DNA of 64,000 nt from Octopus vulgaris (GCA_951406725.2 OX597822.1:77810001-77874000), one strand, 5' to 3'. Positions 39,142 through 54,547 are shown, counted from the first letter of the stretch. The notes: generated by a model not told the origin, from the sequence alone. Numbers and translations are program-made.

Positions 39142-39369
39142 TTCATTACAATCTGGGCGTATCAGTTCGAAGGACGCCAGGACTATAACATTGGGTTTAC
39201 ATGAGATGTCATGTGTTGGTACTGTTCTGCCGTTACATATATAAATGTGTGTGTGTGTGTGTGTGTGTATGTGTGTGTGTGTGTGTGTATGTGTGTGTGT
39301 GTATGTGTGTGTGTGTATGTGTGAGTGTGAGTGTGTGTGTGTGTGTAATATATGTATATATAACTTAGA

Positions 39370-40215
39370 TATGTTTCAGCCGAAGATTGACTCAGGCCGT
39401 GTCTAACTTAATAGCACCACCTGAAAGGATTTGCTAAATCCTTTTTAAGTCAAGTTTTGTGGTATCCATGGTCCATTCGAATAGGGAGTTCTTGTTGAGG
39501 GAGCTGTATCCAGGTATAGGTGGCTTATTTGGTATTCCTTGAAGAAATTTGTCCAGATTCAGTTTAAAGATAACGGAATCCTTTTCTTCTTTGCTCTGTT
39601 TTGGGACAATGTTAAATACGGCAGGACCGGTTGAGGAAAAGAAATTGTGTTGCAGTGTATTTATGTGTTGTGATTCTGAATTGAGCAGGGGACGTATGGC
39701 TCGTGGTTCTAGCTTTGGCTGATGTTGCAGTCGTTTGGGCAAAATATTCTCCACATCGTGCAAATGATGTATAACTCACGGCGGCGCTGGAGAGAATAGA
39801 GTTTCAATGCTTTAAGGCGGTCCCGGTAATTATTTTATTACAACTACAACCTCTGAGGCGGTTTGATTTTCGAAACGTTTTGTTTTTTATGGGGAGACTA
39901 CAGGAAGCAGCTGTATTCGAGGTGTTGCTCTACAAAGGAGGAGAAAAGAGGAATAACGATTCCTAGGTTTCTGATATTATTAGATGCTGTTAGCGGTTAC
40001 CCTGAAGGAAGAAAATACGGCTGTTTTAGCAGTCTTTTTCCCAAAATGCATCAGTTCAAATTTTCTCTCATTAAGTAGCATTTTGTTTTTGGCTGTCCAT
40101 TGACTTACAGCATATAGATCCGACTAGAGTTCAGTTCGGTCTTCTTCTCCACGGATAATTTTCTGGAGCTTGGAATCATCAGCGAATATTTTCACTTAGC
40201 TGTGTCTTATAACGC
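39370..40215 (-). mobile_element. CR1/L2-group LINE 3' fragment
   Basis: KIFADDSK, LYSLQRRRE, GPAVFNIVP..FKLNLDKFLQGIPNKP. Confidence 0.8.
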
Positions 40216-40216
40216 T

Positions 40217-40266
<50 letters not shown>

Positions 40267-40565
40267 TATGATCATACCTAGCCATGAGCTGTCAACTCAC
40301 TCTTGTTCTTTATTTAAAAGTTTAAAAGAGACACAGTCTTCTAGTCTCGGATTTAGTAGTTGATACAGAGATAAATGTATTAGAAATGAATTACAACCTT
40401 TACAACCCTATGACCGCACTATGCTCCATGTCATTCTTAGAAGTTGTAGTCTATTCCTAGCTACAATAGTGACAACAGGAATTCCTTCTGTTTTCTTACT
40501 CTGTCAAAATATTTAAGAAAAATTGTATTAATGTGTCCTACTTGTTAAAATTTCATCTATTTATT

Positions 40566-40654
40566 TGTACAGCTGAAGATAGTACTGCCTTTAAATTGAT
40601 GTAATGATTGCATTGTTCAATTAAATGGAACCGCTTGAAACGGTCGTACTACAT
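40566..40654 (+). ncRNA. Degenerate hammerhead-like motif with long stem II
   Basis: AG-CTGAAGA-(57 nt)-GAAACG-GT-CGTA-CT. Core intact, stems I and II weak. Confidence 0.35.
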
Positions 40655-40724
40655 TACTACTTGATATCCTGTTGCTTATTTTGATTATATATATATACAC
40701 ATATATACATAAATATATACATGT

Positions 40725-40800
<76 letters not shown>

Positions 40801-41047
40801 CAAATCCATTATAAACCGTAGACAGGACTCAGGGTTGGTTCCAGGTGTGGCGTATGTATAAAAAGAGGAACACAACTGAGGTTTAAAATTTACTACAACT
40901 GCATCGGTAGAACTAGATTAAAGTATTACCGGAGAATGGTGGATTTATGCTATGATGTAAGCTATGAATACATCACTGAAAATTTTAGTGAAACAGCTAT
41001 GTATGTATGTATGTATGTATGTATGTACGTACGTACGTATGTATGTA

Positions 41048-42300
41048 TTGAGTTATCCCATAAATAATTCAGTTTTTTTCAATTGCATGAACTAAAAGTC
41101 AGAGGAGGACGGGATAAACTACCTGCATCAACTTGATATAAAAGCGGGTAGTAATTTTACCTTGTGCTTATTCTTAGTGCAAGTTTTGGAGAGTGCAGTT
41201 CGATTTTAACAGTTATTTTTTTAAAGCTATAATAGAAGTGACAAAGGAGCATATTTGGCATATTTTGCTTTATGAGTTCAATAAAGGCAACAACGCAATG
41301 GAAAGTGCGGGGAATATTAATGCAGTATATGGGAATCGGACAATAAGCGTAATCCAGTGTCAACGGTGGTTCCAAAAGTTTCAAGCCGGAAACTACAGCC
41401 TAGAAGATGAACCTCATCCTGGAAGATCAGCAGAGTTCAACGTGAACGTCCTGCAAACCATGATGGTACAAAATCCCAACGTATCTTGTTGCAGAACTAG
41501 TAGAGAAGCTTGGATTTGGTCATTCAACCATTGATCGACACCTGCGTGCCATCGGAAAAGTCAGTAAATTGGGTCAATGGCTTCCTCATAAAATTTCCGA
41601 GTCTAATTGCGCACAGAGAGTGAATGTGTGTTCATCTTTGCTGTCACTTCTCACGAATAAACCTTTTTTGGACCGAATAGTGAAAGGTGACAAGAAATGG
41701 GTTGTCTATAAAAATGTCAAGCGCTGAAGACAGTGGGTAGAGAAAGGAGAGACAATAGCACTCTAGGCTAAAGAAGGTCTTCACCTTCTGTTTGGTGGGA
41801 TATGAAAAGTTTAGTCCACTTTGAACTTTTAAACTCAAACCAATCGATAAAAAAGGAAATCTACTGAGAGCAGCATGAGCGGCTTAAGTCAGCGCTAGAA
41901 GTAAAATGACTATCTTTGGTTTCAAGAAGAAAGGTGTTATTCCATCAGGATAATGCTCGGTCACATACAGCGAGGATAACATTCCAAAGGAGCAGTTTGA
42001 ATGGGAAACGATGCCCCACCCCAACCATATTCACCGGACATTGTCCCATCTGATTATCATTTATTCTACAGTCTTCAAAATAATTTGGATGGACAAAATA
42101 TGAATTCTGTAGACGAAGAGTATTTTTCATCACAGACAAGTGAATTTTGGAAGTGGCGCCTTGCAAGTCTGTCAGATAAATGGAAGAGGATTGTAGAAAA
42201 TGAAGGAGAGTATATTTTAGATTAAAAAAGAACTTGTTTATCTTAATTTTGAAAAATAAAAGAAGTATTAAAAAAACGCATTGTTTATGGGATGACGCAA
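41048..42300 (+). mobile_element. Near full-length mariner (DD34D), inactivated
   Basis: TIRs and TA TSD. EVTKEHIWHILLYEF..RWFQKF, WLPHK, GDKKWVVY, HQDNARSH, YSPDIVPSDYHLF. Start codon mutated to ATA, with stops. Confidence 0.95.
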
Positions 42301-42529
42301 TATGTATGTATATTTGTATAGATACCGGTTCTACCAGCCAAATTGTCCAAATTTCAGATTCAACTTCGAACCTTTGTATCTCAGAAATGCTTAAAGATAA
42401 CTTAATGGAATTATCAGAGGTTTTTCTAACATTATGTTGATGACTCTCCAAGCTCACCAGAAGAATTGTGTTGAAGTTGATCATGGATGAAAACGACACT
42501 TTCGTAAATTATTAGCCATGGCTTAGGAT

Positions 42530-43340
42530 TTGGAGTTCATAAAAGATGGGAATAAAGTTCAAATGGAAGCTTACAATGTTATTTCAAAGTGCCGGAGACA
42601 ATCCTGGCCGCAATTCTACTTGTTAAGCATCAAGAGTTGCTCCTCTTTTAGCAGTGACTTCCTCAACCCTCTTCCTGACTGCACCACATCTTCATCAATG
42701 TCCCCCTCACACACCCTATGGATGGAGTTTTTGAGGGCTTGCAGGCCAGTTCATTCCAGATGCTGAAATCTAAAGAGTTCAAATGAGGTGATGAAGGGGG
42801 CCAGGTGTCCTTTCCCCCAAACCTGTTCCCAAACTCATCCCTAAGAAATTTTTGTGTGACAAAGAGCTCCATCTTGCTGGAATGTAAACTTAAGATCCTT
42901 AGCGGTCTTTTTAGGATTTCCCTTGTCTCTTGCCTCAGGATATTCAGAAAGAATTCAGAATCCTCTTTCATAACTTGAACATAACAGTCTCTCAGCTTTC
43001 TCAAACATGATTAATGGTATCTTCTTGCCATCAGAGGTCATACAGGCGAAAATCATTACCTTGGTAGAGATTTTGAATCTAACATTTCTGTCTCTTTCGT
43101 GAAGATCTGAAGCCAGAATGCGGCTGTTGCGTTTTTTTTTTTTTTGTGTGCGTGTCTTAGTTGAAATTCTTCTCCTTTGTGTAAAAAATCACTCCAGGAT
43201 TATGTTTCACTTTGTTCAAGACGATCTATCCCCTATTTATCTTTCTAACCTTTTGTTCTGGAGTTAAAAGGCGCGTCAGAGATCTCACGTACGATTTCAT
43301 TTCCAAGTCTTCTGTCGTCACTCTTTGAACTTGTGAGTGG
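42530..43340 (-). mobile_element. Tc1/mariner (DD37D-like) transposase relic
   Basis: KVMIFACMTSDGKK, GKDTWPPSSPHLNSLDFSIW. Confidence 0.7.
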
Positions 43341-43392
43341 ATGGAAACTGTAAGTAACCTATCATATAAATGTGTCTCCAACTGCATGTTTG

Positions 43393-43753
43393 TGGAGGCG
43401 CAATGGCCCAGTGGTTAGGGCAGCGGACTCGCTGTCGTGGGCTCGCAGTTTCAATTCCCAGACAGGGCGTTGTGAGTGTTTATTAAGCTCCACGCGGCTC
43501 CGGCAGCGGGTGGTGGCGAACCCTGCTGTATTCTTTCACCACAACTTTCTCTCACTCTTTCTTCCTGTTTCTCTTGTACCTGTATTTCGAAGGGCCAGCC
43601 TTGTCACACACTGTGCCACGCTGAATTTCCTCAAGAACTACGTTAAGGGTACACGTGTCTGCGGAGGCTCAGCCACTTGCATGTTAGTTTCACGAGCAAG
43701 CTGTTCTGTTGATCGTATCAAATGGGACCCTCGTCGTCGTAACCGACGGAGTG
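43393..43753 (+). mobile_element. Full tRNA-derived SINE (GGAGGCGCAATGGCCCAGTGG family)
   Basis: A box TGGCCCAGTGG, B-box-like TTTCAATTCC. Related copies at 25220 and 52020. Confidence 0.85.
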
Positions 43754-44648
43754 TCACAATCTGTGTGTGTTTGTCTGTTTGTTTGTCTGTATGTATGTAT
43801 GTATGTATGTATGTATGTATGCATATACATCTCTATATGTCTGAGATTTCGTGTTTGTGTTATCCCTCTACCCACCCACCGCTTAACAACCGGAGTTGGT
43901 TCATTTACGTCTACGTAACTCAGCTGTTTGGCAAAAGACTGATACAAGTAAAAAAAAAATTTTAAATAACAGAATTTCTATAATCTTTTATTTTTTGCCT
44001 GCTTCATTCATTAGACTCTGGCCACGCTGGAGCACCACCTTAACGAATTTTAGACGAACGAATCGATCCCAGTATTTAGTTTTTAAAATTTTAAGCCTGG
44101 TATGCATTCCATCGATGTCTTTTACCGAAACGCAAAGTCACGGGGGTGTAAATACACCAACACAAGTTGTCGATCGCGTTGGTGGATGGGACAAACACAA
44201 CCACAGTAACACACACACACACATATATGCATACACACACATAAACATGCGCGCAAACACACACACAAACAGATGAAGCACCCCCGCCCAATTTTTACTT
44301 CTCCTCTTTTTCTCTCTCTCCTACTCTTACTCACTTTTTCAATTATCTTTCTATTCTTCTCGCTTCGTAGATTCCACTTTCTTTCTCAATCTCTCTCTCT
44401 TTCTCTCTCCCCCTCTCTCTTTCTCTCCCCCCTCTCTCTCTCTCACACTCACACACACACACACACACACACTCGCTACATATGCTTCACTGCGTGGTAC
44501 ATCGAGCAAGTGTCTTCTACTATGGATTCGGGCCGACCAAAACCATGTGAGTGGATTGGCAAGCCCGTCATCTATCTATCTATCTATCTATATATATATA
44601 TATGTGTGTGTATGTATATGTATATATATATATGCGTGTGTATATATA

Positions 44649-44730
<82 letters not shown>

Positions 44731-45198
44731 TATATAAGCGACCGATACGATAAGAGAGACACAGACAAACAGAGACAGAGAGAAAGAGCGAGAGTAATAG
44801 GGACTAAAAATTAAAGAAGGGAAGTAAAAATGAGAGAGAGAGAAAGAGAGAGAGATGGGGGGTGAATGAGAGAGTGAGTATGTGAATAAGTGAATGAATG
44901 AGCGAGTTTTTAAAGAGAAGGTCGTAATCTAAGCATTATTGTTTATAATAATAATAATAATACATAAGAAACAACGAGTCGTGTTTGTAAGCAGCAGACG
45001 ACAAGTGACGACGTGGTTGAAGATCTACAGTTTTGTCTCCGTCTGTTGCACAGTGTAATTCCGCTACACGGGGAATTCTTTCACTGCCGGGAGGTGGTTT
45101 TTTACTTCCAACTCAACACACAAACACACACGTATTTTCCATACCAGCCATTCACACACTCTGATCTTTATCTCTCTGATTCTCTCTTTCTGACTCTT

Positions 45199-45266
<68 letters not shown>

Positions 45267-45281
45267 GCGCACACGCACACA

Positions 45282-45319
<38 letters not shown>

Positions 45320-45394
45320 TTCACATACGCCTCTCACACACCTATCTGTCTATTAACCAGTCCATATCCATTTACCTTTCTGTCTACCTGTGTT

Positions 45395-46245
<851 letters not shown>

Positions 46246-46289
46246 CATCATCATTTCTGTTTACGAATATTTTTCTATCTCTCAATCTT

Positions 46290-46368
<79 letters not shown>

Positions 46369-46857
46369 CTTCCTGGTTGACGCTAACTTTCTCAATTTCT
46401 TTCTTTCTTTCTTTCTTTCTTCCTTTCTTCTTTCTTTCATTCATTCATTCATTCATCTTTTCTTCTTTCACACATTCCACATCGTCTGATCGCTTCCCTA
46501 TCTCTCTTTCGCCTTCTTTTCTACCCATCTTTCATCTTTCTGCTGCATCTCCTCTTCGTCTTTCTCTCTTCTCAATTTCTTCTAAAACTCTCTCTCCCCT
46601 CTTCTCTCTCTTTCTCTCTCATTCCCCATCCCTCTCTCTCTCTTTCTCTCTCGTTCCCATTTTTTTCACCTTCCTCGTTCTCTATCTTATCTCTTTCTTT
46701 TATCTATCAACTTCGATTTCATTTCCTCACCATCACTTACAAACCATCCGCACAACAGAATCTATACACACAAACACACATAAACAAATCACGCATACAT
46801 ATATGCATACGCGCACACATACACACACACATATATATATACACACATAACTCAAAC

Positions 46858-46893
<36 letters not shown>

Positions 46894-47359
46894 GTACAAC
46901 GCTTTACAATAGTATAACAGGAGAAACACGCGAACACACACACACACATATTTATAAATATTAAACAATATATACATATACATATACATACACACATATA
47001 TATATACACACACATATATATGCACACACACACATACCTTACATCACAGTTGAACAATACACAAAGCATACGGTGACGATCTTAAACGGTCTCGTCTCAC
47101 AGGAAATACGCACACACACATACACGCGCACACACATACACACACACATACACACATATACACACACCTATACGCGCAAACATAAATACATAAGTAAACA
47201 AACCCATACAGACGAACAAACACAAATACACACATATATTTGTGTATATATATTTGTATATAGATTTGTATATATATATTATATATATATATATATACAT
47301 ATAAAGTAAAACCCATTTTTCTTACTCCTCCCTCCCGCTTTCCCTCACACACATACACG

Positions 47360-47390
<31 letters not shown>

Positions 47391-47650
47391 ATACGCACAT
47401 ACATATACACACAGTGGTTCTAAAGACGGACATATATTCACATCACAAATATACACAGGTATTCTCCATTCTCATCTCTCTCTCTCTCTCTCTCTCCTAA
47501 ACATATACACAGACAGATATAAATACACTCGTATAAACACTTACACACACACACATACATACACACTCTTACACATACACACATACAGACACATAAACAT
47601 ATACAAACAAAAATAAATACAATCGCTGTGAATTCTTCTGTCTTTCTCAG

Positions 47651-47870
47651 ACAACACACGGATAAACACGCTGTAGAAGTGCTGATATACGGATATATAC
47701 ATACATATATCTATATTTGTATATATACATATGTACATATAAACAGAAAGATGTATATAAGATAAAAACAAACAAGACAGCGGAACAGAATTAAGGAAGA
47801 GTGGAAAACTCGAGGTGACAATCGCTTGGTGATTTTTTTCCTTTTGGCTTCGAGACATTTCCGAAATAAG
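47651..47870 (+). other. Possible non-coding exon
   Basis: Acceptor ttcttctgtctttctcag| and donor AAG|gtgagt. The frame in phase with the donor contains a stop. Confidence 0.25.
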
Positions 47871-48002
47871 GTGAGTTCTTCAATTGTATTTGTATGTATG
47901 TATGTATGTATGTATGTATGTATGTATGTATGTATGTATGTATGTATGTATGTATGTATGTATGTATATATATGTGTGTGTGTGTATATATATATATATG
48001 TA

Positions 48003-48078
<76 letters not shown>

Positions 48079-48250
48079 TAGATATATATATATATCTATC
48101 TATATAGATATAGATATAGATATATACATATATACATACGTATATACATTTTTTATATATACTTGTATCTTTGGACACGTTTTCACATCATTTTCTGTTG
48201 CCATTCACATGTACCTATATGTACGTATACTTATCCATTTATTTGTCTGC

Positions 48251-48340
<90 letters not shown>

Positions 48341-48349
48341 ATCAGTCGA

Positions 48350-48438
<89 letters not shown>

Positions 48439-48917
48439 ATATATATATATCGATCTATCTATCTGTCTGTTTATCTCACTTTACCTCCCACTCAATGAAT
48501 ATATATATATATATAGGCAAAAATCCAGATGTCCATCCATCCATTCATCCATTCATCCTTTCATCCACCCATGCCTACATCTAGCACTACATGAATACAT
48601 ACATACATACATACATGCATACATACATACATACATACATACATACATACATGAATACATACATACATACATACATACATACATACATACATACTCTTGT
48701 GTATGTCAGCATGTGTGTGTATGTGTATGTGTGTGTGCGTGTGTGTGTGTTTGTTGTGTAAGTAGTTGTGTGTTGTGTGTATTCTGATTGTCTGTCTGAA
48801 ACCAAGGAAAGCATTACGGCATAAACAGTTTAGTGCACACTTTGCATGGAAAGTGTAAAATCTAAACACACACGCGAGCGCGCACACACATACACAAGCG
48901 AGGGCGGACACGCACAC

Positions 48918-49052
48918 ATCATGCATGTAGTTTGCAGAAGTGCCGTTGGGCTCTGATGCGTGCGCGTGTACATTTGTTGTTGTTGTTGTTGCTGATGTTG
49001 TTGTCGACACATTAACTGAATCCCAAGCCAACCATGACCATTCCGTCTTCAT
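48918..49052 (-). CDS. Candidate first coding exon (Thr-rich, N-glycosylated N-terminus)
   Basis: MKTEWSWLAWDSVNVSTTTSATTTTTNVHAHASEPNGTSANYMHD followed by |gtgtgc (weak phase-0 donor), phase-compatible with 34057-34253. Confidence 0.3.
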
Positions 49053-49233
49053 TCCATATGAGAGATTTCATTATTCATTCACCCCTTCACTTCTGTGATG
49101 ATGTCGGATGAGTGGAATTCCTCTGAGATTCGGTTGCTATTTCTAGCGGATACAGCGACCATACAGGGAGAGGCACACACGTTCGGCACTGTGTGTACTT
49201 TTACACAATTGTATATATGTACACACACACACG

Positions 49234-49272
<39 letters not shown>

Positions 49273-49631
49273 GCACACGCACTCACTCGCACATAGATCG
49301 AAAGATAGAGAGAAATACACACACATACATATACATATATGTATGTATGTGTGTGTGTGTATACATATGTATATGTACATATGTATATGTAGTCAGTATA
49401 CGAGAAGTGTGTGTATGCCAGTGTTGTGCAAGTGTGTGTGTGTGTGTGTGTTCGTGTGTGTGTATATTTACATGAAAGCGTGACGTCCTACGTCTGTGCG
49501 CTCGTTATCATTTCGCCTAAGTTGTGTAGGCGTTCAATGAAACAAGTGACTTCGTGCACAAATCTGCGCACAGCGAGTGATGTTTATATGTTTTTATATA
49601 AATGCTTATCCATCCATCTCTCTCCTCTCTC

Positions 49632-49694
<63 letters not shown>

Positions 49695-49761
49695 GCCATG
49701 CTGCACCGCTGAAATCTACTACAAGTTTTTTTTCATTCTCTCTGTTTATTTTCTCTTATCC

Positions 49762-49797
49762 CTTTCTGTTGAAGAGCGTAGGCTCGAAACGTAAAAG
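49762..49797 (+). ncRNA. Hammerhead-like motif (core CTGTTGA) in a Penelope-like repeat
   Basis: CTTT-CTGTTGA-A-GAGC gtag GCTC-GAAAC-GTA-AAAG. Confidence 0.5.
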
Positions 49798-49872
49798 ACT
49801 TTTACATTTTTCCCGAGCGTCAAAATAATAAACTTGCTTGTTGTTCATACACTGTCTTCGTATTTTGTTTTT

Positions 49873-49954
<82 letters not shown>

Positions 49955-49957
<3 letters not shown>

Positions 49958-50530
49958 CGCAGGCATGGCTGTGTGGTAATAAGTTTGGTCCCAATTACAT
50001 AGTTCTGGGTTTAGTCCCACAGCGTGGCCCCTTGGCCTAGTGTCTTCTTCTACTATAGCCCCAGGTCGAATAAAGATTTATGAGTGGATTTTGTAGACGG
50101 AAACTGAAAGAATCCCGCCATTGTGTTTATGTTGTTCCCACCAATGTTTGACAACCGGTGTTGGTTTGTTTTCGTCCCCGTACTCTTTCAGTTCGCCAAA
50201 AACGGCATATAGAATAAGTACCAGTCTCAAAAAACGTACTGGGCGGGGGGAGGGGGGGCAATCTGCTCGACTAAACCCTTCAAGGTGGTGCCCCAGAATG
50301 GCCGCTGTCAGTGTAAAATATAAATCGTATTCTTTCTTTGATCTATCACTTGTTTCTGTCATTAACCCTCAACCATGCTGGGTCAACGATTTTGAGGGTT
50401 TAGTCGCACCCACCAATACTTAGTTTCTGCTACTTATCGTGTCGGTCGTTTTTTGCCGAACTGCTAAATTACGGGAACGTAAACAAACCAACGCCAGTTG
50501 TTAAGCCGTGGTGGGGAACAAACATCAACA
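49955..50530. mobile_element. CORE-like SINE (+) followed by an inverted degenerate SINE tail
   Basis: Match to the 1323 family. Confidence 0.75.
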
Positions 50531-51694
50531 CGCAGGCGTACACACACAAAGACATAAACACATACGCACGCGCACACATATACATACATTGTAATTGTTC
50601 CATCCTAACACATGATTGCCGATTCCTTGTGCTTCCTCGTTGTCAATGACATTTCTGACTTTCCGTCCATGACCTCTCAGATGACTATTCGTCCCACTGC
50701 AGATCTGCATGGTTTGAAGCACAGGTAACAGACGAAAGTTTTAACTTACTACGCGCTTTCAACTGGTGATCTCTGCAAACATTGTCGCTCATCGTCATCC
50801 GTGCGTCTTTGTACTAAATTGATAAACGCTTGTACAATACGAGAGACGTAAACAAACGAACACCGGTTGTCAAGCAGTGGCGAGGAACAAAGACACACCT
50901 CCACGCCCACACACAAACACCCTGGCGTGCCCGAGTCTCTGAGTTTCCGTGATTAGCACCTAATGAAAAGCCGAAGCGTGATGACCAGTAACCACACGAA
51001 ACCGCAGATTTTCACATCGGAGTGTCCCTTTAGTAGAAGGATGATGTGACAACAGTTAGGGGTCCTTCACTTCCGGTGGTTTTTAATCGTTCCCTGTCAT
51101 CATATATTCTAGTTAACTCATAGCTAGGACCCTGACAAGCGCTACTACACCGGGACAGAGTAGTTCTGGGGGCAATAATGGGTTAAGAGGTAGTTCCACA
51201 CTTCTCAAAATATAAATGCATATGCCCACACACATACATAAATCCATACACACATACGCACACACTACACAGACACACACACACATACGAATGTATACAC
51301 AATGATCTCCACATTTTACGTCTATCAAATTCACTCACAAAGCATTGGGCAGCCTCGGTCTATGGTGAAGAAACTTGCCTAAGGTGTTGCACAGCAGCTC
51401 TGAAACACGTACCACATACTTGCGAAACGAACTTCTCGACCACCCTCCATTCCCTGCTTTGCAGCCACATATTTTCGGGTTCAATCTTAGTGCGTTCCAC
51501 GTTGGGCATCTTCTACAGTAGTCCGGTGCTAACCAAAGCTTTGTGAGTGGATTTAGTAGTTGGAAACTGGAAGAAGCCTGTTGTATGTGTGTTTGTGTTT
51601 TAAAATAAGTACTGGGGTCGATTCGTTCGACTAAAATTCTTCAAGACGGTGCCCCAGCATGGCCCCAATCTAATAACTAAAACAAATAAAAGGA

Positions 51695-51733
<39 letters not shown>

Positions 51734-52520
51734 AGTGTGTGTGTGTATGAGTGTGTGTGTGTTTGTGTTTGAGTATATCCACCGCCGCTATCACTTGATA
51801 ACCGATGCTGGTTTGTTTACGTTACAGTAAACTAACGGTTCGTCAAAAAAGAGAAGAAGCGACAGGACAAGTATCAGACTTAGAAAATGTGTACTGGGCT
51901 CTATGTGTACTGTGCTCCAGCATGGGCACGGTCCAATGATTAAAGCAAGTAAAAGATATGATTACACACACTTTATAACTATATCGAATTAAGTTATGAA
52001 CTGGCACAGAATTCGTTGTGGAGGCACATGGCCTAGTGGTTACGGCAGCGGACTCCCGGTCGAGGGATCGCGGGTTCGAATCTCAGACCGGGCGGTGTGT
52101 GTGTTTATGAGCGAAACACCTAAGCTTCACTCGGCTCCCGCAGAAGGTAATCCCGTCCATGTGGGGAACCTATGCGCCAATGAAACAGAGAACCGGCCCT
52201 AATGAGCCAGGCATGGCTCAAGAAGAAACAAAGAACAACGCAGAATTCGTTATGTAAGTTTGTATCCTTTTCATATAACAATTGTCTCTAGTATTGCCAC
52301 AAAGCTAGCAATTTCGAGATAAGAGGGGGTCGATTTCATCGAACCCAGTGCTCTACAGGTATTAATTTTATGAACCCTTAAGGGATTTTAGCTCAGAATG
52401 TAAACAGCCGGAAGAATCGATCTAACAGTCCTCTCTACCATTCTGCCGAGCTCTCTTTTTCTGCTTTCTCTCTCTCTCTTTTTCTCTCTCTCTATCTATC
52501 TATCTATCTACTCATATATG

Positions 52521-52596
<76 letters not shown>

Positions 52597-52617
52597 CACA
52601 CACACACACACACACAC

Positions 52618-52667
<50 letters not shown>

Positions 52668-52757
52668 ATCCAAACAAGAAAACAAAAAGACAACAACGCA
52701 AGGACGTGGAACAAATAAAGTATTATTGGACGCTCAGGAAAGAAGGGAAGAAGAAGG

Positions 52758-52792
52758 GTTTGACGTTTCGAGCGGAGCTCTTCGTCGGAAAC
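52758..52792 (-). ncRNA. Hammerhead-like motif (core CCGACGA, GUC site)
   Basis: Minus strand GTTT-CCGACGA-A-GAGC tcc GCTC-GAAAC-GTC-AAAC. Confidence 0.6.
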
Positions 52793-53079
52793 ATAGGAGA
52801 AGGAAAGGTCCCGAGAAGGGAAGACGCATGCATGTATGTATGTATGTATGTATGTGTGTGTGAGAGAGTTCCATCGAAGTCAGTGCTCAACAGGTACTAA
52901 TCTTATGAATCCTTAAGGGATAAAAGCAAAGCTAGAGAGTGTGTATGTGTGCGTGTATATATGTATGTACATACAGATAAATTCCTCTATTTACATAATA
53001 TCGAGGTCTCTTTCTTTTGTTGTCTTACCATTTCTATCAATATATATATATTTTTTTTCTCCTTGTATTTTCTGTGTCC

Positions 53080-53115
53080 CTTTCTATAGAAGAGCGTAGG
53101 CTCGAAACGTAAAAG
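53080..53115 (+). ncRNA. Hammerhead-like motif with decayed core
   Basis: CTTT-CTATAGA-A-GAGC gtag GCTC-GAAAC-GTA-AAAG. Flanks homologous to 49720-49870. Confidence 0.45.
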
Positions 53116-53201
53116 ACTTTTTCTATTCCTGAGCGTTATACTAATACATCTGTTTGTTTTGTACACCACCTGCCTTCGTCCTTTGTTTTTTCGTAAACTC
53201 T

Positions 53202-53261
<60 letters not shown>

Positions 53262-53326
53262 ATATGTACATGTAGAGGTAGGTACGTACATATATGTTTA
53301 TATATATGCATATGTTCTATTTTATT

Positions 53327-53430
<104 letters not shown>

Positions 53431-53639
53431 TAGATATACATACATATATATATTTATATATGCATACATAAATAGACGCACACACACACACACATACATA
53501 TATACATGCACTTACACACGCATATCTGTATACATACACACACATGTTTGTATGTATGTATGTATGTATGTATGTATGTATGTATGTGTATGTAAACATG
53601 TATTATTATTATTATTATTAGTAGTAGTAGTAGTAGTAT

Positions 53640-54012
53640 CATCTCCGCCTTTGCTAAGGCGGCGGTATTGTTTTCAGTCGTGTTTGTTTGTTTCTTTGTT
53701 TGGTTGTCCGTGGACAAGATATCTCAAGAACCGCCGGATGGATTCGGATGAAACTTTCAGGGATGTTCGACCTCGTGACTGGCACGAACTGATTAGATTT
53801 TGGCATCGATCCGGTACCGGACAAAGATTCTGAATTATTTTTCCAGTATTTTTTGCTTAACTTTTAAGAGCGGTCGAGTTCATTTTTTGCATACTCGTTT
53901 GTGAGAGCAATAGAGTTTATTTCAGATACTCTCATTTTAAAAATCATCTCCAGCTAACCGTTGAGATGACGTTGGTGTTGCTTTGGCGGAAGTTTGTGCG
54001 CTCTCACTACTC
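53640..54012 (+). mobile_element. Non-autonomous element with DINE-1/HINE-like (Helentron-associated) architecture
   Basis: 5' CTCCGCC..GGCGG hairpin, internal (GTTT)n, subterminal inverted GGCGGAAG near the 3' end. Confidence 0.5.
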
Positions 54013-54359
54013 TTGTTTATATATGTCTCTGTTACAGTTACTCCTTCAGTATTACTGTGCTTGATTTAAATTCTTAAAATTATTCGTTAAACATGCATTC
54101 TTTCTAGCTATCTTTAAACAGTCTTTAAACAGTCGCTTGATTCTGCCGCTGACACATTTCTTCTATTATCTCAATTAGCTCCCTTTTTCTATTCTTAACT
54201 ATAAAATTTCCCTCATATCTACATTGACATTGGTTTCTCATTTCTGTTCTCTGTCGCGTTTGTTATTTATGCTCGAGAAAAGATATTTTTGCACAACTTA
54301 TAATTATTCTGTTGTATCTACACTTTTGAGGTGAATTGGTATTGTTTATTATTAATTAT

Positions 54360-54547
54360 TTCACCACGTGATTATGAGTTTAGTCCTATTGCACGGCATC
54401 TTGAGCATGCGTCTTCGGTAGTCCCAGATTCATTAATGCCTTGTGAATGAATTTACTAAACGGAAACTATGTGGAAGCTAATCGTTTGTGTGTGTGTATA
54501 TATATGTGTACGTGTGTGTGTGTGTGTATGTGTGCGTGCATGCGCGC

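Noticed and set aside
41193-42225. Mariner ORFs as an active or domesticated (SETMAR-like) transposase
   Set aside because: Start codon lost, multiple stops and frameshifts, and no SET domain.
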